Assembly (NCBI GenBank): GCA_963752595.1
Contig: CAVVYZ010000019.1
Span: 1 to 64,000 of the forward strand
Length of the DNA: 64,000 nucleotides
Reading direction: 5' to 3'
From: an uncultured delta proteobacterium
GTDB lineage: Bacteria > Desulfobacterota > Desulfomonilia > UBA1062
Part shown: in pieces, positions 10,056-19,677 of the stretch
Layout: each line of letters opens with the position of its first letter
Position numbering within the stretch: the stretch's first letter is position 1
Program-made: the position numbers and the translations under genes
The notes under the pieces: generated by a model
Told to the model about the DNA's origin: nothing
The model's database searches: none
Seen by the model: only the letters and a program-made list of their open reading frames with translations

Positions 10056-11112
10056 GCAGACGGAGAAATGAGTCTCTGGGTATGCGTGTGCATATACGCC
10101 GCTGGTGCTGCTCCACGCCGCCGGGTATGACCCATACCGGGTGCTGCCCCTGACGGACATGCCACGACCAGGCAGGCCTTCACCTGCACGACAATCTGTG
10201 CCCCCATGTGAAACAGATCCTCGACAGGGCCATGGGGAAAGACCTGCCTAAGCTCGGCGGCATGGTCTTCATGAACAGCTGCGATGCCATGAGGAGGTTG
10301 TCCGATGCCTGGAAAAAAGTCCGTGAAGATGATCCGACGGTCCTCGTCGATCTCCCGGTCATTGCGGACAAGCCCGCGGTCCGGTTCTTTGCAGGTGAGC
10401 TCAGGCGTCTGGCCGGTGTCCTTGGGGAATGGAGCGGCTACCCTGTTTCCGATGATCTCGTGAAGGAATGCATCCTGGAGCATAACAGGCTTGCCGACAC
10501 CCTTTCCGGGCTTGCCTCGGAAGTGAATACCGGGGCGTACAAGGGAGGGCGGAAGGCCCTGCAGAAGGCGTACACCGTTGCTGCGACCGAGCCTCTCCCC
10601 GAAGCAATCCGATATGCTGAAGACGTGCTCGCCTCAGGGCTGAAGGAGAAGATGGCCGGAAATCCTCCCGCCGTCTTCCTCTTCGGAAACATCCTCCCCG
10701 ACACCGAGGCTTTCGACCTCTTCGAGGCAGCGGGAGCCTGCATCGTCGGATGAAGATCTGTGCACCGGCTCCCGGCTCTTCCAGCCGATTCGGATCGAGG
10801 ACGGCGAAGACCTCTACAGCGGGCTGGCGCGGGCGATCCTGGAGAGAAAATCCTGTGCCCGCACCTTCAACCATGCCCGGCCCGGGGAGATAGCGCAGAC
10901 CGTTATCGAGAGGGCGCGAGGCATGTGATGCGAGGGGGGTGATCTTCCACTCTGCCAAGTTCTGCGACCCCTACCTTGCGCGGCTTCCCTTCATCCGTGA
11001 AACGCTTCGGAAAGAGGGCATACCCATCCTCGTGCTCGAGGGCGATTGCACCATGCGGTCCATAGGTCAGCACAGGACAAGGATAGAAGCATTTATCGAG
11101 ATGCTGAGGTAA
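10052..11112 (+). CDS. 2-hydroxyacyl-CoA dehydratase / benzoyl-CoA reductase-type subunit (several frameshifts)
   Basis: GYACAYTP, LHDNLCPHVK, NSCDAMRR, EDLCTGSR, KFCDPY, TRIEAFIEML found across frames. Confidence 0.85.
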
Positions 11113-11117
11113 AGAAT

Positions 11118-12350
11118 ATGCTGATAAATTACTTTGATGATCTTGAGAAGGGAATCGTATCGTCGATCGACGGTCAGGGCGGCAATGCAAGCCCCAGGAA
11201 GCTCTACGCACTGGAGATTGCCCGGCTGGGGAAACGGCTCTATTCAGGGTCGAACAAGGTGGCATGGTGCGGCATCGCAGCCCCGTTCGACCTCCTGCAC
11301 GCCATGGGCCTGACCTCCTGCTTCGTGGAGTTCATCGGCGCCATGCTCGCCTCAACCGGCATGGCGGGCAGCATTATCGAGGAATCCGACCACGCGGGAT
11401 ATTCTTCGGATGCCTGCAGCTATCACCGGTCAGTCATGGGGGCAGCCATGAAAAATCTCATGCCGGAGCCGGAGATCCTGGTGGGCACCACCATTCCCTG
11501 CAGCGGCGGCCTGGCGGTCATCGAGAACCTGGCACGACATTTTGAAAAGCCTCTCTTCGTCCTGCACATACCCCAGGGAGATTCGGACAGTGATGTTGCA
11601 TACCTGGCCTCACAGATAAAAGACCTGACGGACTTCGTCACCTTGCACACGGGCATGGCGCTCGACAGGGACAGGCTGAAGGCAGTCATCGAAAGGACAA
11701 ATGAAGCCAGGGGCATCCTGGCCGAGATATTCGATCTGGCGAAGCAGTGCCCGTCTCCCGCAAACAGCAAGGACCTGAACAACTTCATGATCACCATGGC
11801 GCTCTTTCTCGGCAGCGATGAGTCGGTATCCCTGGCCCGGGCATACCGGGACGAGTTCAGCCGGAGGATCAAAGAGAACAGGAGCGGCGTTAAGGATGAG
11901 AAGGTCCGCCTCCTGTGGATCCAGAACCGCATCCAGTTCAAAAACCCGCTGGTGGATACACTCGAGAAAGAATACCGGGCCGTGATCGTGAGCGATGAGC
12001 TCAACAGCATCACCTGGGGCCCCATCGATCCGGATGACCCCTTTGAAGGACTAGCCAGGAGGGCGATCTCCATCCCCTTCAACGGCGTGACGCAGCACCG
12101 CATTGATCACCTGAAGCAGCTCGCCAAGGACTACCGCATCCAGGGCGCCATAAATCCCTGCAACTGGGGATGCAGGCAGGGGACCGGGACACGGGGGCTT
12201 GTCGAGGCAGGCTTAAGGGAAGTGGGGGTGCCCGTGCTGAATCTCGAGGTGGATTGCGTTGACGAGCGTAAGTTCACCGAGGGCCAGTTCCGCACCCGGA
12301 TCGAGGCCTTCATGGAAATGATCCAGTCCAGGCCGAACCCCTGGCAGTAG
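11118..12350 (+). CDS. 2-hydroxyacyl-CoA dehydratase subunit (HgdA/B, FldB/C family)
   Basis: GYSSDACSYHR, NWGCRQ, LEVDCVD, TRIEAF. Confidence 0.9.
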   Translation: MLINYFDDLEKGIVSSIDGQGGNASPRKLYALEIARLGKRLYSGSNKVAWCGIAAPFDLLHAMGLTSCFVEFIGAMLASTGMAGSIIEESDHAGYSSDACSYHRSVMGAAMKNLMPEPEILVGTTIPCSGGLAVIENLARHFEKPLFVLHIPQGDSDSDVAYLASQIKDLTDFVTLHTGMALDRDRLKAVIERTNEARGILAEIFDLAKQCPSPANSKDLNNFMITMALFLGSDESVSLARAYRDEFSRRIKENRSGVKDEKVRLLWIQNRIQFKNPLVDTLEKEYRAVIVSDELNSITWGPIDPDDPFEGLARRAISIPFNGVTQHRIDHLKQLAKDYRIQGAINPCNWGCRQGTGTRGLVEAGLREVGVPVLNLEVDCVDERKFTEGQFRTRIEAFMEMIQSRPNPWQ

Positions 12351-12351
12351 C

Positions 12352-13155
12352 ATGAAAGGAGACGTCATGTATTATCTCGGAATCGACATCGGAAGCCTGT
12401 CATGTGATGCTGTCCTGATAGACGGGGAAAGAAACATCAAGGCATCGGCCGTCTTGCCCACCGGCGCACGCAACCGCGAGGCCATAGCCCTTGCCACAGA
12501 GATCGTTTTGAGCCGGGCAGGGATTTCCGGCCGGGATGTGAAGGCAACCGTATCCACCGGCTACGGCCGCGACAGGGTGGAAGAAAAGATCGCCTCGATC
12601 ACCGAGATCACCTGCCACGCCAGGGGCATGCAGGCGCTTCGGGCAGGAGCGGAGGTCCTGATCGACATCGGCGGGCAGGACAGCAAGTGCATCCACATGT
12701 CGGACAAGGTGGCGGTCGTGAACTTCGCCATGAACGACAAGTGCGCCGCCGGCACCGGCCGTTTCCTGGAAGCCATGGCCCGCGCGCTCCAGGTGGATAT
12801 CGAGGAGATAGGAGGGCTCGACACAGGCGCCCGGGGCAACGTGACCATCAGCAGCATGTGCACGGTCTTCGCCGAGAGCGAGGTTGTCTCCCTCATAGCC
12901 GAAGGGGCCGGCGTGAACGAGATCGTCAGGGGCCTGAACCGTTCGATCGCCGCCCGGACCGTCTCTCTGGTAAAGCGCGTCGTCCCTGATTATCAGGGAA
13001 GGCAGGTTGCCATGTCGGGCGGCGTCGCAAAGAACGACGGAGTGGTGCGCGCCATTGAAGAGGCATTGGAGTGCAGTGTTTTCGTCCCGGATATGCCGGA
13101 TACGGTAGGTGCTTTCGGCGCCGCCCTCTTCGCCCTCGAGAGGAGCATGCAATAA
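12352..13155 (+). CDS. ATP-dependent CoA-enzyme activase (HgdC/HadI, ASKHA fold)
   Basis: GIDIGS, TGYGR, EITCHARG, DIGGQDSK, MNDKCAAGTGRFLE, CTVFAESE, GGVAKN. Confidence 0.95.
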   Translation: MKGDVMYYLGIDIGSLSCDAVLIDGERNIKASAVLPTGARNREAIALATEIVLSRAGISGRDVKATVSTGYGRDRVEEKIASITEITCHARGMQALRAGAEVLIDIGGQDSKCIHMSDKVAVVNFAMNDKCAAGTGRFLEAMARALQVDIEEIGGLDTGARGNVTISSMCTVFAESEVVSLIAEGAGVNEIVRGLNRSIAARTVSLVKRVVPDYQGRQVAMSGGVAKNDGVVRAIEEALECSVFVPDMPDTVGAFGAALFALERSMQ

Positions 13156-13248
13156 GCCTGCATATCCGCAACCGGAAGGAACAGCACATATCACAGGCCT
13201 GTCTGCTCCGGCAGACTTAAAGATTGGCAAAGAAGACAGGAGTGACCC

Positions 13249-14025
13249 ATGAGCGAGAAAACGAAGGAAAGAGTAAAAAGATTTGCCCTGGACCTGGGCG
13301 TAGAGGATGTGGGATTCGGCGCGGCATCCGATTATAACAGCCCGTTGTCTCCGAAGATCGAAACGATTTTCCCCAAGGTAAAGACCCTGATCGTCATGGC
13401 CTTCAGAGAGCTGTCGAACTGCGAGAGTGAGAACAAACGGATCGCCATGGGCGGCAGGATTGATTCCATGGAATTCGCGAGATCGTGCATTTACAAGCTC
13501 TCGCGGTTCATTGAGAAAGAGTTCAAGGCAAAGGCCATGTCAACCCCCCTCTCCTATCCCCTGAACATGAAGCCCGAGAACAGGTTCGGGCTGGTAGCGG
13601 ATATCTCCCAGCGTCATGCCGCGGTTGCCGCGGGACTGGGCAATTGGGGCAGGCACAACCTCGTGATTCATCCGAGACTGGGCACCAGGGTCATCTTCTC
13701 GACGGTCCTGACCGATCTGGAGCTGACGCCGGACCCTCCGGTCAAAGAGGACCTGTGCACCCACTGCAATATCTGCGTGGAGACTTGTCCCGCCCGGGCC
13801 CTCGATCAGGAAGGAAAGACCGACGAGTTCAAATGCATGAAGCACTCGCAGCCAAATGGTCTGGCAGCGAACATCAAGTTCTGGATGAAGTTCATCGACT
13901 CAAGCCCGGATGAACAGAAGCAGATGATGATCAGCCCTGAATACATGAGCCTGTACCAGGCGGCCTTCATCGGCTTTGAATATCACTGCTTCAACTGTTA
14001 CATATCGTGCCCGGTCGGCCGGTGA
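13249..14025 (+). CDS. epoxyqueuosine reductase (QueG)/reductive dehalogenase-like Fe-S protein
   Basis: HAAVAAGLG.WG, VLTDLEL, CTHCNICVETCP, HCFNCYISCP. Confidence 0.8.
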   Translation: MSEKTKERVKRFALDLGVEDVGFGAASDYNSPLSPKIETIFPKVKTLIVMAFRELSNCESENKRIAMGGRIDSMEFARSCIYKLSRFIEKEFKAKAMSTPLSYPLNMKPENRFGLVADISQRHAAVAAGLGNWGRHNLVIHPRLGTRVIFSTVLTDLELTPDPPVKEDLCTHCNICVETCPARALDQEGKTDEFKCMKHSQPNGLAANIKFWMKFIDSSPDEQKQMMISPEYMSLYQAAFIGFEYHCFNCYISCPVGR

Positions 14026-14052
14026 TATCGGCGGACGAGATGGCCGGCACCC

Positions 14053-15423
14053 GTGATGGCGACCGGCATGGAGGAGGAAAACATGGGACACAACCACGGC
14101 GGAAAAGATTCTCCTGGCGATCGGAACAGAGACCTGTATCGGAAGCTCGGCAGAAAGATCGACGGGCTGCAGCTGAGGGTTCCCTGGCGTGAAGAATTCC
14201 ATGAACTGATCAGGGAGATCTATTCGACTGCCGAGGCCGATGTCGTCACAAAAATGCCGTACACCTTCTCCACACTCGATCGTATCGCTCAGGTTGCCGG
14301 TTACAACAGGGCGGTATTATCGGGCATCCTGAACGGGCTGACTTCAAAAGGCCTTGTCATCGATATCTTCGTGAAAGATGAGTACTATTACATGCCTTCG
14401 CCCCTCTACGTCGGGATATACGAGTTCACCCTGATGAAGACGGGCGGCCTGAGCACGAAAGAGAAGGCCCGATTCCTGCACGCCTACATGAAAGACAACG
14501 ACGATTTTTACTCGGCAAACTTCAGCGGCGATAAAAAGGTTTCCATCATGCGCTCGATCCCTCATGAAGAGACTGTCAGGCCGGAAGATTATACCGAGAT
14601 CCTCGATTATGAAAAGGCCGTGGCCCTTATCGAGGCTGTCGACACCTACACCCTCGGAAACTGCTCCTGCCGGGTTGAAAAGGCCAACGTGGGCGAGAAG
14701 GAATGCAAGGCCCCGCTCAGGACGTGCATGGCCCTGGGAAGGGCTGCCGACTACATGATCAGAAACGGGATCGGCGTGCCGGCCTCCAGGTCGGAGATGC
14801 TCGAGGCGATCGCGGTTTCAAAGGAGTACAACCTTGTGCTCAATGCGGACAATGTGCAGAGGAACCCCCGGTTCATCTGCCAGTGCTGTTACGACTGCTG
14901 CATGACGCTGACCGGCATCAGGAAATACGGCTATCCCCATACGGTGATCACCTCGCGCTTCATTGCCGACATCGTCAACCGGGATGAATGCCTCGGGTGC
15001 GGGAAATGCGCAAAGGCGTGTCCGATCAATGCCCTGACCATGCAGGATGACGCCGGTGCGCGTTCGAAGAACAAGAAAATCCCTGCCGTCGATAAAGACA
15101 TCTGCCTTGGCTGCGGCGTATGCGCCCTGAATTGCACGACGGCTGCCCTTCGTCTGGTGAAGAGGGAGCAGAAGGTGATCCACCCGGAGACCACGTTCGA
15201 GAGGATCATGATGCAAAGCCTGGAAAGAGGCACGCTGCAGAACCAGATCTTCGACAACCCGGGGAGCATAACGCACAAAGCGATGCGGGCCATGGTCGGC
15301 GGGTTCCTGCGGCTCGATCCCGTGAAAAAGGCGTTGATGAGCGATACGCTCCGGTCGTCTTTCCTGGCTTCGCTGAAGCTGGGCGCCAGGGTTCAGGGCC
15401 GCGGGTGGCTTCTGGACCTGTAA
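14053..15423 (+). CDS. 4Fe-4S dicluster-domain protein (distant paralog of 527..1600)
   Basis: CSCR, ICQCCYDCC, CLGCGKCAKACP, CLGCGVCALNC. Confidence 0.88.
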   Translation: MMATGMEEENMGHNHGGKDSPGDRNRDLYRKLGRKIDGLQLRVPWREEFHELIREIYSTAEADVVTKMPYTFSTLDRIAQVAGYNRAVLSGILNGLTSKGLVIDIFVKDEYYYMPSPLYVGIYEFTLMKTGGLSTKEKARFLHAYMKDNDDFYSANFSGDKKVSIMRSIPHEETVRPEDYTEILDYEKAVALIEAVDTYTLGNCSCRVEKANVGEKECKAPLRTCMALGRAADYMIRNGIGVPASRSEMLEAIAVSKEYNLVLNADNVQRNPRFICQCCYDCCMTLTGIRKYGYPHTVITSRFIADIVNRDECLGCGKCAKACPINALTMQDDAGARSKNKKIPAVDKDICLGCGVCALNCTTAALRLVKREQKVIHPETTFERIMMQSLERGTLQNQIFDNPGSITHKAMRAMVGGFLRLDPVKKALMSDTLRSSFLASLKLGARVQGRGWLLDL

Positions 15424-15437
15424 GGAGGGAGTGGGGC

Positions 15438-16535
15438 ATGAATGATGCGATGCTCACCGATGCTGTGAGCCGGGAGCCGGGGAATACTCCTCTGAAGAAT
15501 ATTCCTTCGGATTATTACCCCGCAGGCTGCGGTTTCTGGTTCGTCATCCCGGACGGGCCGGACAAGGGCAAGAAGATGTTTTGCCGGGACAGCTCTTCAG
15601 GAAGCGGCACGCCCGGGAAAACGATCGTCCTTGTGCACGGCAACCCCGAGTGCTCCTATTCTTATCGCAAAATCATTAGTGGCCTGGTGAGCGGCGCGAG
15701 GAAGCCCTGCAGGATAATTGCCATGGACCATGTGGGGTTCGGCCTGTCGGACCAGGCCTCGTACGAGATGGCCTGCCCTGACCATGCCGCCAACCTGCTG
15801 CATCTCATCCGGCATCTCGACCTTCACGATGTTACCCTCGTGGTTCACGACTGGGGAGGGCCCATCGGCATCGGAGCATTTCTCCGGGACCCGGAGAGGG
15901 TATCGAACCTCATCATATTGAACACGACCGTTTTCCCGATACCGGGAGAGGGCTTCCAGTATCACAAGAATTATCCGGTCCCCATCATCCCCTGGTCAAG
16001 ATTCCCTTCCGTGCTTCCCGATTTTCTGTGGGGTTCCGTCGCGAGCTATACCGCGTACAGAAGGCCTGCCAATGCATTCAGGCTGATAGGATCTTTCATC
16101 GTGTATCTCATCCTCTCCCGATTCGGGATAACAGTGGGGAGAGAAAAAGAAGCCAGACAGATATACGAAGCTCAGTTCGGCCCGAGGGCAAACACCAGAA
16201 GCTCGAAGCGGATGGTGCGGGAGACGGCGGATTGGGGAAAGAGCGACCCACAGGCAAGGAAACTGCCCGACCCGAGTAACTCTGCGGCATTCTTCAGGTT
16301 CATCCACGAGAACATCGAAGAGGCCTGGGGCCTTGAAGGCAGGAATATCGGAGCCCGTGCCCTCATCGGACGCTGGGACCCGCTGGGCAAGGACGAGGTC
16401 ATACGCCAGTGGATTCACCACCTCCCCCAATTGTATGATAATGTACATATTTTCAGTGAAGTAGGGCATTTTGTGAACATCGAGAAACCCGAAGAGATCG
16501 CTGATTCCATACTTGATGTTGCCGGGCTGAAATAG
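15438..16535 (+). CDS. alpha/beta hydrolase (haloalkane dehalogenase/OleB-like)
   Basis: HGNP, DHVGFGLSD, nucleophile HDWGG, GHF; AGGAGG RBS. Confidence 0.88.
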   Translation: MNDAMLTDAVSREPGNTPLKNIPSDYYPAGCGFWFVIPDGPDKGKKMFCRDSSSGSGTPGKTIVLVHGNPECSYSYRKIISGLVSGARKPCRIIAMDHVGFGLSDQASYEMACPDHAANLLHLIRHLDLHDVTLVVHDWGGPIGIGAFLRDPERVSNLIILNTTVFPIPGEGFQYHKNYPVPIIPWSRFPSVLPDFLWGSVASYTAYRRPANAFRLIGSFIVYLILSRFGITVGREKEARQIYEAQFGPRANTRSSKRMVRETADWGKSDPQARKLPDPSNSAAFFRFIHENIEEAWGLEGRNIGARALIGRWDPLGKDEVIRQWIHHLPQLYDNVHIFSEVGHFVNIEKPEEIADSILDVAGLK

Positions 16536-16762
16536 ATATCCGGAGAGGTCGAGCACCCCCAAAACTTGCTTCCTGCGCTCGACCCTTTCTTTGCCGTCCT
16601 CAGCACCATATGATTGCCACATAGAGGACATATATTATTGCCGGATTGTTCAACTATCTTCTTGCCCTCCGACTTTTGCGTATTTCTTACCTCTCAAGAG
16701 AAATGTGAACCGGCAACAAATTCCCCCTTGATTAGTATTTTATTCTAGTATATTATTTTATT

Positions 16763-17380
16763 ATGAGACGGAGAAAAAGCAGGCATACCGGCACTGAATC
16801 CAGGCAGAGGGATATCATCAATGCAGCACTCGGCTGTTTTTCAGAGATCGGCTTCTCTGAGACGAGCATGGAGGACATCCGCAGGCGTTCGGGGGCAAGC
16901 ACCGGAAGTATCTACCACCATTTCAAGAGCAAAGAACAGCTTGCTGCAGCGGTCTACATCGAGGGCATCCGCAATTACCAGGAAGGGCTGATAAATGCCC
17001 TTGATGATTGCAAGAGCCCACAGGAAGGTATCCGTGCACTGGTCTCGCATCACATGATATGGATCAGGGATAACACCGGATGGTCGCGCTATCTGTTCCA
17101 GAAGCGCCACTCGGTGTTCATTGCCTCTGCAGAAGAAGAGATCGCCGACATGAATAAAGAGTTCGGACAGAGCCTCTCGAAATTCTTCATGAGGCATATC
17201 AAAACCGGCATGATCAAAGCTCTGCCTTCAGACATCATCATCTCCCTCATCTTCGGTCCGTGTATGGAGATTACCCGCCAGTACTTCTCCGGTCATGCGT
17301 GCACGGATGTCGACAAAGCGATTCCGCTCCTTAGCGAAGCTGTATGGCACTCCCTTGCAGCAAGTCACACAAACACATGA
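16763..17380 (+). CDS. TetR/AcrR family regulator
   Basis: GFSETSMEDIRRRSGASTGSIYHHFKSKEQL HTH. Confidence 0.93.
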   Translation: MRRRKSRHTGTESRQRDIINAALGCFSEIGFSETSMEDIRRRSGASTGSIYHHFKSKEQLAAAVYIEGIRNYQEGLINALDDCKSPQEGIRALVSHHMIWIRDNTGWSRYLFQKRHSVFIASAEEEIADMNKEFGQSLSKFFMRHIKTGMIKALPSDIIISLIFGPCMEITRQYFSGHACTDVDKAIPLLSEAVWHSLAASHTNT

Positions 17381-17427
17381 GACGGGGCTTAAACGTTTCT
17401 CCGTAATATCAGTGCAAGGAGGTATTC

Positions 17428-18105
17428 ATGAAAGAGACAGCTCTGAGTTATTCTCGAAAAATTCGCCCTTTGCCCCTCTATCTGAAAAAGTTCTTTTTCC
17501 GTCGCCGGTGTTTGCGGCCGGGAGAGAGCCTTCCGGCAATAAAAATAGCGTGGAAAAGCTCCCGGATCGATCCTGGCCACCTCGGCAAAGTATCCGTAAT
17601 AGCGGACTGACACCGGGTAAGACCATGCCGTTCATATACCCCCTCACGTTCCTGTTTCCACTGCATATGGGTATTATCGCACACAGGAATTTCCCCCCTT
17701 CTCTACCTCAAAATGCTCCATGTGAGGGACCATATCCTCCAGCACCGGATCGTAGATGCCGGCGAGCAGATGGACATTTCCTGCTGTATCGCCGGGCAGC
17801 GTATCATTCCAAAGGGTATCGAGTTTGACATCCACACATTCATGAAATCCGAAGGCACTACCGTTTGGGAGAGCATAAGCACCAACTTCTTCCCCGGCTC
17901 GTTCGGCGATCCGCAAAAACCTTCGCCCCTTTCACGATTCGAGCCGATGCCCGATGATTGCTGCATTACCCACTGGACAATGCCCAAGGGAGCGGGTTTC
18001 CGGTTCGGCCTGCCGACAGGGGACTACAATGGTATCCATTACCATGCATCATACGCAAGGAAAGGAGGTGCACATGAAGACCATCGGACAGATCTGCATC
18101 CATGA
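17428..18105 (+). pseudogene. MaoC-like (R)-hydratase double hot-dog protein, frameshifted and apparently 3' truncated
   Basis: Three frames give MPFIYP..LHMGIIAH, LHVRDHILQHR, VWES and GDYNGIH (MaoC GDxNPIH-like). Confidence 0.65.
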
Positions 18106-18592
18106 CCTGAAGGAACATATCATCAAAAACTGGATGACACACGACGGCATGTGGTTTTTCCACTGTCTTCAGGCCTTCGGCATCGAGGAGGCCAACCGGC
18201 TCAATAAGGCAGCCATCAAGTCGCTTGCCGCCATTGAATTCAAAAGGACTGTGCAGCTCTTCGAAATCCCCGCCACAAACACCTTCGAAGGGCTTAAGTC
18301 TGCTATCGAAGCGGCCTTCAGCGTGAGCAAAGGTGACTTCATGGACTTCAGCTACTCCTTCCCGGAAAAAGGCCTGCTCTGCTGGGAATGGCCTGAAAAC
18401 ACCTGTTTTGCCTACCAGGGCATGAAGCGGATGGGCGCGGTCGACCGCTACCAGTGCGGGGTGCTCTACCGCGTGCTGTGCTGGATGGAGAATGCAGGGG
18501 TACGCTGCAGCACTGTAACTCCCGAATTATGCGGCTGCCTCATGCACACACAGGGAAGATGTGCAGGCAGAGTCAGGTTCTCTTTCACCTGA
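18074..18592 (+). CDS. DUF6125-like hypothetical protein
   Basis: AGGAGGT RBS; KNWMTHDGMWF motif and conserved Cys pattern. Confidence 0.65.
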   Translation: MKTIGQICIHDLKEHIIKNWMTHDGMWFFHCLQAFGIEEANRLNKAAIKSLAAIEFKRTVQLFEIPATNTFEGLKSAIEAAFSVSKGDFMDFSYSFPEKGLLCWEWPENTCFAYQGMKRMGAVDRYQCGVLYRVLCWMENAGVRCSTVTPELCGCLMHTQGRCAGRVRFSFT

Positions 18593-18653
18593 AGAAAAGA
18601 AAAAAGGGAAGAGATGCATTCATCTAGAACACAAATCTGCCCTTTTCCCCCTT

Positions 18654-19370
18654 CTAATTCCCCGAGATATTTTTACTATAATACAGGTTTCTGACCACCA
18701 TGGTCAGGGGTAGCGCCACAATCGTGCCCACCGAGCCCAGCACCCATGACCAGAAGATGACGGAGAGGATGGTGACCCAAAAGGGGATATTGAGAGATTT
18801 TTCCATGAATCCGGGCTTCAGGATATTGTCCCACACGAGATTATTGATCGAGAACAGAACCAGGACCGCAAGGGCAACCTCCCAGCCCGACTCCAGAAAG
18901 CCCAGGGCCACAGGTGGTATGACCGCCGCAAACCCGCCGATGACAGGGATGAAATTCATGAAAAAGAACAGGATTCCCCAGGTTACGGCAGAGTCTATGC
19001 CCAGGGCCATGTACAGGACAATATTGATCACGGCCTGGAGTGCACCGGTGCTGCTCGTGACGGACACATAGACCTTGACACCATTGCTCGCTTCCTGGAG
19101 CAGAGAAAACAGTGACCTTTCTGCCCTTATGTCTTGTGACGGGTGTTTTGAATCTTCGAGGAATTCAACCACATGACCGTATGTGTCTGCCAGAATGGTC
19201 TGATATACGGGCAGTTTCCGGCTCAGGCCTATGATGGAATAGCTCAACACCATGGCGATCGCTATACCGCCGAAGACCACGATCAGAAGCGTAATGAGCG
19301 CAGCCGGGATTTTCGGCACGTGTTTACGCATCTCCCTTAAGGAAAAGAGTATTGCCGGCATACCCGACCA
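18654..19370 (-). CDS. AI-2E family transporter (internally deleted, 5' end degenerate)
   Basis: WGILFFFMNFIPVIG, DNILKP, FWSWVLGSVGTIVALPLT. Confidence 0.75.
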   Translation of the reverse strand, partial: WSGMPAILFSLREMRKHVPKIPAALITLLIVVFGGIAIAMVLSYSIIGLSRKLPVYQTILADTYGHVVEFLEDSKHPSQDIRAERSLFSLLQEASNGVKVYVSVTSSTGALQAVINIVLYMALGIDSAVTWGILFFFMNFIPVIGGFAAVIPPVALGFLESGWEVALAVLVLFSINNLVWDNILKPGFMEKSLNIPFWVTILSVIFWSWVLGSVGTIVALPLTMVVRNLYYSKNISGN

Positions 19371-19677
19371 GGGACGGCATCTTTGGCATACCCGCGCATG
19401 TTCCTGTTCAACCTGAAGGTTAGTACATGAGGTGATAACCTGACTATCAACGCAACAGCTTAATGGGATGGTTTTATCTTTTAATATTGTTATGATTTGT
19501 TTCTCATAAAAATGGTCTCCGCCCCCCATTTCTCTGACCCCATGTCTCATTTCTGGAGGTTTGACTTTTTTAGGGATATAGATATAGTAACGATATTGAT
19601 CGTTGAAAATTATCCTTCTGGAAACCTCTGTCCTCTGCAACGAACTACTCCCGCAGCGATGAAAGGATCATCTGAGA

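Noticed and set aside
10745-10790. TGA ending the dehydratase ORF as possible selenocysteine
   Set aside because: The conserved continuation (EDLCTGSR) is in a different frame, so this is a frameshift and not readthrough
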